Below, one piece after another: positions 44,389 through 53,312 of a stretch of DNA of 64,000 nt. The notes below the pieces were generated by a model. That model was not told the DNA's origin. It ran no database searches and was given only the letters and a program-made list of their open reading frames with translations. Every line of letters starts with the position of its first letter. The first letter of the stretch is position 1. The position numbers were made by a program, and so were the translations under genes. The stretch is taken from positions 1-64,000 of IMG/VR virus record IMGVR_UViG_3300032268_000986. The stretch is one strand, 5' to 3'.

Positions 44389-45354
44389 ATGACTTACTCA
44401 AGCGGTGGATTAATCCAGGCCACAGACTACAACGGTTTTGTTAGTACAACCGCCAACGCCAACGTCAATGATGTTTGGAGCACAGGATCTAGTGACAAAG
44501 GTTGGGGACAAACAGCATTAAGCACAGTGTCAGCGGCAGGCACAGTAACAGCAACACAGTGGGCCAGCTTGGTCAACACCTTGGCCAGCATGGGCGCACA
44601 AACCAACACCACACTTACTGCTCGAACTGCTCCTACTGCCGGTACTACCATTAGCATTTTGGCTGCACTCAATACAGACCTAACCAACGTTACTACCAAT
44701 AGAAACAATGCTGTGGCTCAAGGCAGCCAATTCACTGGCTGGTCAGGTACTAACAGCAAAACTGCGGCTACCTCAGGTAGCCCTTGGACCATTACTTTTA
44801 CCAACACCGTGACCTTTGCATCAGCGGCCGCGGCTAGATATTTTTTCAATGCAGGTGGCTCGATCAAGTTGGACGTGGCCAAATCAGCCACAGGCAACGT
44901 AGGTGACCCTGAATGGAACGACTTGGCCACTACCTTGTGCGGCGACATCTATTTTACCACAGGCACCAGCACACAAGTCATTGCTGGCACCAGCTACACA
45001 GGTACAACCAAGATTGGTGGTACTGGTACCCCGACAATTCTGACAACCACAACTGGATTCTATGACTTAACTGCCGGTGCAGCAGCTACTATCATTTACA
45101 AACAATTTGCTGACACTGCACCTTATACATCAAACTTTATTCAGCACAGTGTGGCGTTGAACGCAGCATCAACGGTATTGACATTTACCACTTTATGGTC
45201 AGCGGTAGACGGCGACACAATTTCAGGTGGTACTGCAAGTTCAGGTGCTACCCCAGGCACAGCACCCACAACCATTTGCACATACTATCCGCCCAGCACC
45301 ACGTATCTCTCCAATTCGTGGGGCACACCCACTGTGGCAGCTACTACAACTTAA
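44389..45354 (+). CDS. Thr/Ser-rich virion fibre/collar protein
   Basis: I.ATDYN, GWGQ, VTATQW, ARYFFNAGG.I motifs; very high Thr content. Confidence 0.7.
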   Translation: MTYSSGGLIQATDYNGFVSTTANANVNDVWSTGSSDKGWGQTALSTVSAAGTVTATQWASLVNTLASMGAQTNTTLTARTAPTAGTTISILAALNTDLTNVTTNRNNAVAQGSQFTGWSGTNSKTAATSGSPWTITFTNTVTFASAAAARYFFNAGGSIKLDVAKSATGNVGDPEWNDLATTLCGDIYFTTGTSTQVIAGTSYTGTTKIGGTGTPTILTTTTGFYDLTAGAAATIIYKQFADTAPYTSNFIQHSVALNAASTVLTFTTLWSAVDGDTISGGTASSGATPGTAPTTICTYYPPSTTYLSNSWGTPTVAATTT

Positions 45355-45357
45355 CCA

Positions 45358-45383
45358 AAAGGGGCTGCTGCCCCTTTACTTTT
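45358..45383 (+). terminator. Intrinsic terminator closing the structural operon
   Basis: AAAGGGGC-TGCT-GCCCCTTT followed by ACTTTT. Confidence 0.75.
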
Positions 45384-45403
45384 CCCCGCAAACTCTGTAT
45401 AAT
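45375..45403 (+). promoter_or_regulatory. Sigma70-like promoter opening the enzyme cluster, probably leaderless
   Basis: TTTACT-N17-TATAAT-N6-ATG(45410). Confidence 0.6.
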
Positions 45404-45409
45404 AAATGC

Positions 45410-45715
45410 ATGGATACTGAAGCCTTGATTGCTCATTCACGAGCACGGTTTGATCACGCTACCGCTAAACGTGTGATGCGAGAAAAATATCAAGCCCGAA
45501 TGATATTTGCCCACAACGGCGGCATGTTTTGTGCAGGTCCTGCACTACAAGCCATGTTGTTGACCTGCCCCGATGCCACAGCCGTGATTGAAGACCTGTA
45601 TCAAAATCCTGTGCAAGTTGACACCAAGCAGTTGTTTGCACTGAGTCAACAACGATGGCAAGAACAAATGACTGCCTGGTTGGTAGAATACGAACAGGCT
45701 CAAAGCAAACGATGA
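45410..45715 (+). CDS. Conserved-looking phage hypothetical protein (101 aa)
   Basis: Probable start MDTEALI after the terminator and promoter; HNGGMF, IEDLYQNPV. Confidence 0.7.
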   Translation: MDTEALIAHSRARFDHATAKRVMREKYQARMIFAHNGGMFCAGPALQAMLLTCPDATAVIEDLYQNPVQVDTKQLFALSQQRWQEQMTAWLVEYEQAQSKR

Positions 45716-46518
45716 CCACTGGCGCACTGATATTTGCATTTGACAATGAACAAACTGATTATGTCTCCATGGCCGCCTGGTGCGCTGACAATGTGCATCG
45801 TCATCTTGGCATACCAGTTGCTGTGGTCACAGACTGTGATCCTGCCGATGTTCGACTCAAAAGTGTTGACAAAGTCATAACGGCTGCACCGGGTTCTGGG
45901 GGAACACGATACTTCGAAGACTATGACAAAACAGTCACATGGAACAACGCAGGTAGAGTTGATGCATACCGGTTGACGCCCTGGACTCGTACCTTGGTGC
46001 TGGATGCTGACTATGTGGTAGCAAGCTCAGAGCTTGGCCAGATCTTGGAATACAACACTGATTTTATGTGTCATAAAACTGCAATGAATATGAGTACCGG
46101 ATATCCGCTCAAGGGACTCAATGTGTTTGGTCGCTACGACATGCCCATGTGGTGGGCCACTGTGATGGTGTTTGGACAAAACAACACAGCACAATACATA
46201 TTTGATTGCATGCAAATGATCCGTGCCAACTGGGAACACTATCGAGCACTGTACGGCATTGACAAAAGCACCTATCGCAATGACTTTGCCCTGAGCATTG
46301 CAATAGGTATAGTGAGTGGACATGTTGGCAAAGTGGATGAAATACCTTGGCCTTTGATGAGTGTCATGCCTGATGCAACTCTGAGCAAAATTGACACAGA
46401 TGCCTACTGTATTACCTATCAAGATCTAGATACCAAACTAAAGCAAGTGACCTGGCACGGTACAGATTTTCATGCCATGGGCAAACGACATCTGGAGATG
46501 ATAATTGCGTCCCGTTGA
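45712..46518 (+). CDS. Glycosyltransferase-like protein (GT-A fold)
   Basis: GALIFAF, TPWTRTLVLDADY (DxD motif), RNDFALSIA; probable start MTTGA at 45712. Confidence 0.65.
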   Translation: MTTGALIFAFDNEQTDYVSMAAWCADNVHRHLGIPVAVVTDCDPADVRLKSVDKVITAAPGSGGTRYFEDYDKTVTWNNAGRVDAYRLTPWTRTLVLDADYVVASSELGQILEYNTDFMCHKTAMNMSTGYPLKGLNVFGRYDMPMWWATVMVFGQNNTAQYIFDCMQMIRANWEHYRALYGIDKSTYRNDFALSIAIGIVSGHVGKVDEIPWPLMSVMPDATLSKIDTDAYCITYQDLDTKLKQVTWHGTDFHAMGKRHLEMIIASR

Positions 46519-47284
46519 AGAACAAGGTTACGTCATACCAGCATTCAACACAGGCACTGTGGACTATGTGGATTGTGCTAGAACCTTGGCCAAAACACTG
46601 TTGTTGCACAATCCCAGTGCTAGAATCTGTTTGCTCACAAACGAACCCTATGCCGCAGACACACATCTGTTTGCCTATACTCACACCGTGGCAATCACCA
46701 CTGACAACATGTTTGCCAACGACTCATTGGTGTTTCACAACACACCATTCCGTGAAACAATCAAGCTAGAAGCAGACATGCTGATTGCTACACCCATTGA
46801 TCACTGGTGGACCATGTTTAGACATCAAGATGTTGTGATCAGCACAGGTTGCAGAAACTGGCACGGAGACATCTCCACAGCACGACACTACCGATCAGTG
46901 TTTGACCACAATCATTTACCAGATGTGTACAACGCCATAACATACTGGCGCCGGAGTACAACAGCCAAAGAGTTCTTTGATCTTGTGCGTGACATATTTG
47001 CCAACTGGGATCAATTCAAAACACTGTTGAAATATGCTCCAGACGTTCCCGACACAGACCTGGTGTATGCCATGGCAGCACAGATCATGGGCCCAGAACG
47101 TGTGACTCAGCCCTGGGCCGAGTACCCACAAATTGTGCATATGAAACGGCATCATGCAGGAACTCAAACTCAAGACTGGACACAGGAGCTGGTGTGGGAA
47201 ATGTATCCGTTACGAGTGCAAACTCAGGCACAGTGGGGTGCGTTTCACTACCATGTAAAAAGGTGGACCAATGAACTGGAATGA
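46505..47284 (+). CDS. Glycosyltransferase-like protein, paralog of the upstream gene
   Basis: DYVDCA, TPFRETIKLEADM, DTDLVYAMA, IVHMK, FHYHVK. Confidence 0.6.
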   Translation: MRPVEEQGYVIPAFNTGTVDYVDCARTLAKTLLLHNPSARICLLTNEPYAADTHLFAYTHTVAITTDNMFANDSLVFHNTPFRETIKLEADMLIATPIDHWWTMFRHQDVVISTGCRNWHGDISTARHYRSVFDHNHLPDVYNAITYWRRSTTAKEFFDLVRDIFANWDQFKTLLKYAPDVPDTDLVYAMAAQIMGPERVTQPWAEYPQIVHMKRHHAGTQTQDWTQELVWEMYPLRVQTQAQWGAFHYHVKRWTNELE

Positions 47285-47603
47285 TCTAATAGACATACAT
47301 GCAGCCATGCCAGGGCCTCAACCGGTATTTTATCGATTGTACTACGATGATCAAGGACACCCGCTATTCTACAGCATGGAGCATCGGCCTGGTAACTACA
47401 TTGAAATCACACAGGAACAGTATGCCAAAAACGCCAGCAACGTGCGTGTGCGTGATGGCAAACTGGTGCCAGTGACCTGGACCACTTCAGAAAAGATTGT
47501 ACCTGGAGACTCCGGAGTTGCCTGTGATCCACGGGATGTGGCTGTGGTAGTTGCACAGGAACCTTCAACCAAATGGAGCAAACGAACTTATGAAACAAAT
47601 TGA
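47271..47603 (+). CDS. Hypothetical protein
   Basis: 110-aa ORF overlapping both neighbours; FYRLYYD, YIEIT, VRVRDGKL. Confidence 0.65.
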   Translation: MNWNDLIDIHAAMPGPQPVFYRLYYDDQGHPLFYSMEHRPGNYIEITQEQYAKNASNVRVRDGKLVPVTWTTSEKIVPGDSGVACDPRDVAVVVAQEPSTKWSKRTYETN

Positions 47604-48513
47604 CGTTGCAGATCTAGACTGCATTTATCTCAGCTATGATGAACCCCAAAAAGAAGAATTCTGGGTCAAGATCAAAAACACAGTGCCCTGGGCCCGCAGA
47701 GTAGATGGCATCAAGGGATCAGACGCAGCACACAAGGCCGCGGCCGCTGCCAGTGAAACTGAACGATTCATTCTCATTGACGGCGACAACTTGCCAGACC
47801 CGGCATTTTTCAATCAGACACTGACATTTCCCACAGTGGACTATGAACAAGCTGTGTTTAGATGGCGTGCTCGCAACACCATCAATGGCCTGATGTACGG
47901 CAATGGTGGGCTCAGCTCATGGACACGGGAGTTTGTGATGAACATGAAAACACATGAAAACACCGACGGTCGCACAGAAACTGAAGTGGAGTTTTGTTTT
48001 GATCCCTTGTACTGGGCCATGCATGACTGCTATTCAAACACCTATCCCAATGGTTCAGCATTTCAGGCCTGGCGTGCTGGATTCCGTGAAGGTGTCAAGA
48101 TGTGTTTGCAACGAGGCCGCAAGCCCACTGTGGAAGAATTTAAAAATCAAGTGCTACGCAATCTTGATAACCTTACCATCTGGCACAACGTGGGCACAGA
48201 TGCGGAATACGGTGAGTGGGCCATTGCAGGCAGTCGCCAAGGCACATACATGACCATGCTCACAAGCTGGGACCATACTCAAGTGCAAGACTTTGACGCT
48301 TTGGCTGAATTGTGGTCAACTGTTGAAAATTCACAGCCCAGGATACTCAGCAATCAACTGGGCCCTGAATTGGGCGCACAACTGGACTTGCCCATGGCCA
48401 TTCTAGAAGCTGAACAGAGTGCATTTTTCAAGCATCACTATCGTGGCAACTGGCAGAATCGTGGCGTCATGACACGAGAAATTGATGTGATTAGACAGCA
48501 AGAAGGCTGGTAA
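47590..48513 (+). CDS. Glycosyltransferase family 2-like protein
   Basis: YLSYDEP, AHKAAA, FILIDGDN (DxD motif), AWRAGFREGVKM; probable start MKQID at 47590. Confidence 0.7.
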   Translation: MKQIDVADLDCIYLSYDEPQKEEFWVKIKNTVPWARRVDGIKGSDAAHKAAAAASETERFILIDGDNLPDPAFFNQTLTFPTVDYEQAVFRWRARNTINGLMYGNGGLSSWTREFVMNMKTHENTDGRTETEVEFCFDPLYWAMHDCYSNTYPNGSAFQAWRAGFREGVKMCLQRGRKPTVEEFKNQVLRNLDNLTIWHNVGTDAEYGEWAIAGSRQGTYMTMLTSWDHTQVQDFDALAELWSTVENSQPRILSNQLGPELGAQLDLPMAILEAEQSAFFKHHYRGNWQNRGVMTREIDVIRQQEGW

Positions 48514-49165
48514 ACTGTTGTGCTAGATACTGATGGGTTTTAATACCATAATGAAATCCATCACGTGCCCGATCCTGGATTGTGCAAGGTAACAGTAGAT
48601 TCTGCATAACTGGATATTCAACCTTACCTGGGTGCCAGTTGGGTATAAAGCTGTGTACTATTTTGCACGACTGTTTAGAGATTGATTCAAAATTCTGCTG
48701 CCAACTGGCATAGTTTTCTTGATCACTGTGTGTGGCTTCGCATAGTGTGCGTTCGTCATCGTGCCATGATGTATCTGCATGTTCTCGACGATGACTAAAC
48801 GTATAATGTATTACTATAGCCCATGGGGTAACCAGTTCAAGCACATCTGCTACTCGTCTGGCAATCCAATTGTTACTAGCACCGTTTAGACTGATGTTAA
48901 ATACCTTGCGGTTTAACTGTTGTTGCATTATATCACTAAACCGTTCTGACGCATTTACTCCCAGGCCTAGAGTAAAACTATCTCCAAATACAACAACAGA
49001 CTCTGAATCCAGTTCTCCTAACTCGTGTGTTCTAAATCCCAATGAGTTAAACTTATACTGAACCGTGCCGTATTGATCAAATCGTTTGCCAGCATACCGG
49101 GCACTGTCGAGTCCCAGTTCAGAGCACACTAGATTTGAATACCGAGGAATTATAATATTGTGCAT
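48491..49165 (-). CDS. SGNH/GDSL-fold protein (esterase or O-acyltransferase-like)
   Basis: NSLGFR, FGDSFTLG, NISLNGASN, RDGFHYG; probable start MHNII at 49165. Confidence 0.75.
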   Translation of the reverse strand: MHNIIIPRYSNLVCSELGLDSARYAGKRFDQYGTVQYKFNSLGFRTHELGELDSESVVVFGDSFTLGLGVNASERFSDIMQQQLNRKVFNISLNGASNNWIARRVADVLELVTPWAIVIHYTFSHRREHADTSWHDDERTLCEATHSDQENYASWQQNFESISKQSCKIVHSFIPNWHPGKVEYPVMQNLLLPCTIQDRARDGFHYGIKTHQYLAQQFTSLLAV

Positions 49166-49188
49166 AGAGTATCTATAAATATTTGCCA

Positions 49189-50274
49189 ATGAACGTCCTT
49201 ATACTTACTCCTGACCGTGTGGGTAGTACATTATTGCAGCGACTCATCACTGTATACGCTAATATAAACGAAAACCAAAGTCCTTTAACGGTTAACCTAC
49301 ACGAACTAACCAACGGGTTAGTAGAGTACCCCAACAAATGCTACAACCAGACCATGCTGGGCAAAAAGCCTGATGCCTGGGGATATCATCAAAGTTTAAG
49401 TACAGTTACGCAGATGTTGTCATCTGCCAAGCACGATGTAGTAAGCAGACTTGCACACTATCACATAAAGAATAGAAAAGATAGTTTAAGTGATCAGTTG
49501 AGCTTTTATCAGTGGCTCAACGAAAACTTTTATATCATTGCTGCTCGTCGAGAAAACTTGTTTGAACATGCCATGAGTTGGTGTATAGCAGCAGAAAGCA
49601 AAAAGCTCAATGTATACAGCTTTGAAGAAAAGTATAGCACCTTTGCAGAATTACAACAACACGGTCTTGACATACAACCTGATGTAATACACAAGTATCT
49701 CAATACCTATCAAGATTACATAACATGGGTAGAGTCGCATTTTACTGTAAATGCTTATTTTGAATACGAAAGAGACTTGCCCAATATTGAAAACTTTATC
49801 ACAGGACTCAGTTGCTTTAAAAAGTTCAAGAACCCACTCAAGTGGCAGGATCGTTTTGATATCAGCTGGACAGATTGGAACCGCATGCACTACCTGTTGA
49901 GTCTTGTGAGCTTCGACTACCAGTTCAGTGCCGAGGAAGACCAGTTCATGACAACCAACATTGATTTATACAGTGCTGCTAGAATACACATACAGGATCT
50001 CCAGGATCAGGGCATATTGGTTTCAGGTATCCCTATCAAATTGCACACACTCAAAGAAAAGGCCAGCCTAATTCACAACATTGATCAGTGTTTGTTGCAT
50101 TACAACAAATGGGTGAATACTATTCAACCACATTGTGGCTTGACGTATACTCCGCAACACCTGGAGCAAGTTGCATTATTAGAACACCATGCCTGGCGTG
50201 GTAATTCTGAAACTTTGCTCACATCAACTATTCCCGAAACTAAATTACTATCTTCAGACTTGAAGTTTTGTTAA
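49189..50274 (+). CDS. Sulfotransferase-like P-loop protein
   Basis: ILTPDRVGSTLL (5'-PSB-like), LHEL, RRENLFEHAMSW (3'-PB-like), FEYE; TATAAATA 7 nt before the ATG at 49189. Confidence 0.65.
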   Translation: MNVLILTPDRVGSTLLQRLITVYANINENQSPLTVNLHELTNGLVEYPNKCYNQTMLGKKPDAWGYHQSLSTVTQMLSSAKHDVVSRLAHYHIKNRKDSLSDQLSFYQWLNENFYIIAARRENLFEHAMSWCIAAESKKLNVYSFEEKYSTFAELQQHGLDIQPDVIHKYLNTYQDYITWVESHFTVNAYFEYERDLPNIENFITGLSCFKKFKNPLKWQDRFDISWTDWNRMHYLLSLVSFDYQFSAEEDQFMTTNIDLYSAARIHIQDLQDQGILVSGIPIKLHTLKEKASLIHNIDQCLLHYNKWVNTIQPHCGLTYTPQHLEQVALLEHHAWRGNSETLLTSTIPETKLLSSDLKFC

Positions 50275-50288
50275 TTCTATGTTATAAT
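50260..50288 (+). promoter_or_regulatory. Sigma70-like promoter, probably leaderless
   Basis: TTGAAG-N17-TATAAT with extended TG, 5 nt before ATG(50294). Confidence 0.6.
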
Positions 50289-50293
50289 ACTAT

Positions 50294-52222
50294 ATGATTA
50301 TTGCCTTTTATCCGGGCAGCGGCGGTAACCGCTACTACCAAATGCTCACAGGTACAACTGAATTTGATTCCGGTGTTACCTATGACCATTTATTAAAAAC
50401 ATCACAGCGTTTTCCTTATCGTTATCCCGACAAGAACAGTGTTCTGCCTGATCAACAGTTGATACTAACACACTGCATGAATGTACCGCTGCTCAAGCAG
50501 TTATGGCCAGGTCACGAAGTTCATGTTATTCTAGCAAACCGCACAGCAAGTATACGCAGAGAATGGGTGTTAGAAGGAAAACACAGAGAACACAACATGC
50601 CCGACCTTTTGGAAAACGCACTGGCTACCATAGGGCATCACGACAGATACTACCAAGAATACCCTGTAGATACCAACGGTGCAGACATTGTCGTGGATAT
50701 AGACACAGATCCCGGGACATTTGCCACAATGATGCAGGCTGAACTTGCCGCTTGCACAAGTGAAATATTTGATCAAGCAGCAGGTGAATACCGCCCCGGG
50801 GACCTACGCGATATACCTGGCGATCAAATGGTAGAAGGATTCAAAAGTAAGTTTTTAGACGACGCTGAAAAGATGCGTATGCGTTTGGATCAAGTTAGTC
50901 CCAGCATGTGTTTGGCCAAATGGAAACAAGTTAGCTTACACTTGCAAACAGGCATGAATAATAGCTGCTATCATCCTCCCTTACATGCAATTCCTATAGA
51001 TGCTATACAACGCAACCCTGGGTCACTGCATAACACACCCTACAAAAAAGAACAGCGCAAGATGATGCTCAACGGCGAAAAGCCCGCAGAATGCTCTTAC
51101 TGCTGGAACATGGAAGCTGAAGGCAAACTCAGTGATCGCCACTATAGATCAGCAGAGTCCTGGGCAGCACAAGATTTTGGTAAAATTATTAGTTCAGAGT
51201 ACTCTAATGACATTATTCCATCCTATGTAGAAGTTAACTTTAACAATGCTTGCAACCTCAAGTGCAGTTATTGCAGTCCTCAGTTCTCCAGCAGCTGGGC
51301 TGATGAAATCAGCCGCCATGGTGGGTATCCTACTTCAACTGTTCATAATTCCCCTGAGCATTTTTCCGGATCACGAAGGGTCATACCTGCCCGTGAACAC
51401 AATCCCTATGTTGAAGCGTTTTGGTCTTGGTGGCCAACACTATACCCCGAGCTCAAGCACTTTAGAATGACAGGTGGTGAGCCTTTGCTGGACAAAAACA
51501 CATACCGAGTTTTTGATTACGTACTAGAGCATCCCAAGCCAGACTTGCACTTGAATGTCACATCAAACTTTTCAGTAGACGAAAAGTCATGGCAGAAATA
51601 TCTAGGCTATGTGAAACGACTGTGTCAAGAAGGCAACCTAGAACACTTCATGCAGTATGTGAGCCTAGACGGCTGGGGCACTCAAGCAGAATACATGCGT
51701 CATGGCATGGACTTTGATCTAGTATGGGACAGAGTAAATCAATTTCTCACTGAAGTTCCCAGCTACAACAGCTTGACATTCATTGTCACAATGAACAACC
51801 TCAGTGTAACGTCACTGGAAAACTTATTTGCAGGCATCCTAGGACTTCGAAAAATACACAGTACCACATACCAACGTGTATGGTTTGATACTCCTGTGCT
51901 GCGTGAACCTGCTTGGCAAAGTCTGCAAATCTTGCCTGAACCCTATGCTGACCGCCTGGAACACTTGTGGGCCTGGATGATACGCCAGATAGAAACTCCT
52001 GAAGATCCATTTCATGGCTTCAAGGACTATGAACTGGCACGATTAGATCGTGACATTGCTTGGATGCGAGCTGGACAAAAACAAGACCATGCACAGGCCC
52101 GAGCCGACTTCTATCGTTTCTTCAGCGAACATGATCGTCGCCGCGGTACAGATTTTTTAAAAACATTTCCCGAAATGAGTGCTTGGTGGAACGAGTGTGC
52201 GTATCATGCTAGGAACACATAA
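50294..52222 (+). CDS. Radical SAM protein (N-terminal twitch-like domain) fused to a P-loop/sulfotransferase-like domain
   Basis: FYPGSGGN at the N-terminus; CLAKW..SCYHP..CSYCW; CNLKCSYC; TGGEP. Confidence 0.85.
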   Translation: MIIAFYPGSGGNRYYQMLTGTTEFDSGVTYDHLLKTSQRFPYRYPDKNSVLPDQQLILTHCMNVPLLKQLWPGHEVHVILANRTASIRREWVLEGKHREHNMPDLLENALATIGHHDRYYQEYPVDTNGADIVVDIDTDPGTFATMMQAELAACTSEIFDQAAGEYRPGDLRDIPGDQMVEGFKSKFLDDAEKMRMRLDQVSPSMCLAKWKQVSLHLQTGMNNSCYHPPLHAIPIDAIQRNPGSLHNTPYKKEQRKMMLNGEKPAECSYCWNMEAEGKLSDRHYRSAESWAAQDFGKIISSEYSNDIIPSYVEVNFNNACNLKCSYCSPQFSSSWADEISRHGGYPTSTVHNSPEHFSGSRRVIPAREHNPYVEAFWSWWPTLYPELKHFRMTGGEPLLDKNTYRVFDYVLEHPKPDLHLNVTSNFSVDEKSWQKYLGYVKRLCQEGNLEHFMQYVSLDGWGTQAEYMRHGMDFDLVWDRVNQFLTEVPSYNSLTFIVTMNNLSVTSLENLFAGILGLRKIHSTTYQRVWFDTPVLREPAWQSLQILPEPYADRLEHLWAWMIRQIETPEDPFHGFKDYELARLDRDIAWMRAGQKQDHAQARADFYRFFSEHDRRRGTDFLKTFPEMSAWWNECAYHARNT

Positions 52223-53312
52223 GCTCATAGTTGATGAATGGGCCGAAGTCTGGGACCTGCTGAAATCCTATGCCGATGATTCATTTTGGCAGTGGCCTGA
52301 CACATTTGATCCTGACGCCACGTACATTGTGGGTCGTGTGGTGCTGAAAGAAAACTGGCAGAAGATCACAGACCTGGCCACTCGGTATCCAGGAAGAATA
52401 ATCTTTAGTAATCCTGCCGAGGGGTCTGAAACTGTGCTACTACAGTTGAAAAGACTGCGCATTGCTGATCATGTGCAGGACCGGCGTATGGGCCTGTTGA
52501 CTTCTGGTGATCTAGAGCCTGGAATTGACTACTGCCGAACAGACTGTTACTTCTCTAACATAGTGGAATACACAGAAAACAAACAGGCACAGTTACAAGC
52601 CGCCCTGGATCACAAACAACACCGTCCTTATGAATTTTTGTTCTTGAATGGCCGACTGCGCCCGCATCGCAAATATCTAATAGATCGATTGCGTGAAACC
52701 GGCATGTTGGACTGCGCACTGTGGACCAACTTGGGCGCACATGTTGAACTGGGTTTTACCAGCTGTCTTGACGTGGCACAAACTGAATACATACGCTTGT
52801 TGCCCCCGGAATACGAAATAGATCGTGCTGTGCCCAACATGGCTTCGGCTGCCGAACATGCATTTTGCAAGCATCATTTGTTTGGCAACACCTGGGGCGA
52901 TGCCATTGTGAATCCGCGGTGTTATACTGACTCTTGGTACAGTTTGGTAACAGAAACCATTTTTGATTATGCTCACACCTTTCGCACAGAAAAGATCTGG
53001 AAACCCATATTAATGGCACACCCATTTGTTGTGGCTGCCAATTCTGGCTACTTGCGAGATTTAAGGGCTGCAGGATTTCGCACGTTTGGTCATTTAATAG
53101 ATGAAGGTTACGACAAAATTGACAATCCGCACTACAGAATTGAACGTGTAATAGACACCGTGCGCGACATTGGTCAGCAGGGTGCTGCTGAATTCTGGCA
53201 GGCCAGCCGCGATGTCTGTAAATACAATCAGCAACATCTTGTGGAGTACAACCGTGAACAACGGTCTCAACTTCCTATTGACCTAGAAAAATATCTAAAT
53301 GAACGATCTTGA
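52206..53312 (+). CDS. Glycosyltransferase-like protein (GT-B-type C-terminus)
   Basis: FLFLNGRLRPHR, SLVTET, TEKIWKPI..HPF, GFRTF..IDEGYD; probable start at 52206. Confidence 0.55.
   Translation: MLGTHKLIVDEWAEVWDLLKSYADDSFWQWPDTFDPDATYIVGRVVLKENWQKITDLATRYPGRIIFSNPAEGSETVLLQLKRLRIADHVQDRRMGLLTSGDLEPGIDYCRTDCYFSNIVEYTENKQAQLQAALDHKQHRPYEFLFLNGRLRPHRKYLIDRLRETGMLDCALWTNLGAHVELGFTSCLDVAQTEYIRLLPPEYEIDRAVPNMASAAEHAFCKHHLFGNTWGDAIVNPRCYTDSWYSLVTETIFDYAHTFRTEKIWKPILMAHPFVVAANSGYLRDLRAAGFRTFGHLIDEGYDKIDNPHYRIERVIDTVRDIGQQGAAEFWQASRDVCKYNQQHLVEYNREQRSQLPIDLEKYLNERS

Noticed and set aside
45227-45409. N-terminal extension of the 162-aa ORF
   Set aside because: It overlaps the fibre gene and crosses a terminator; the promoter points to the ATG at 45410
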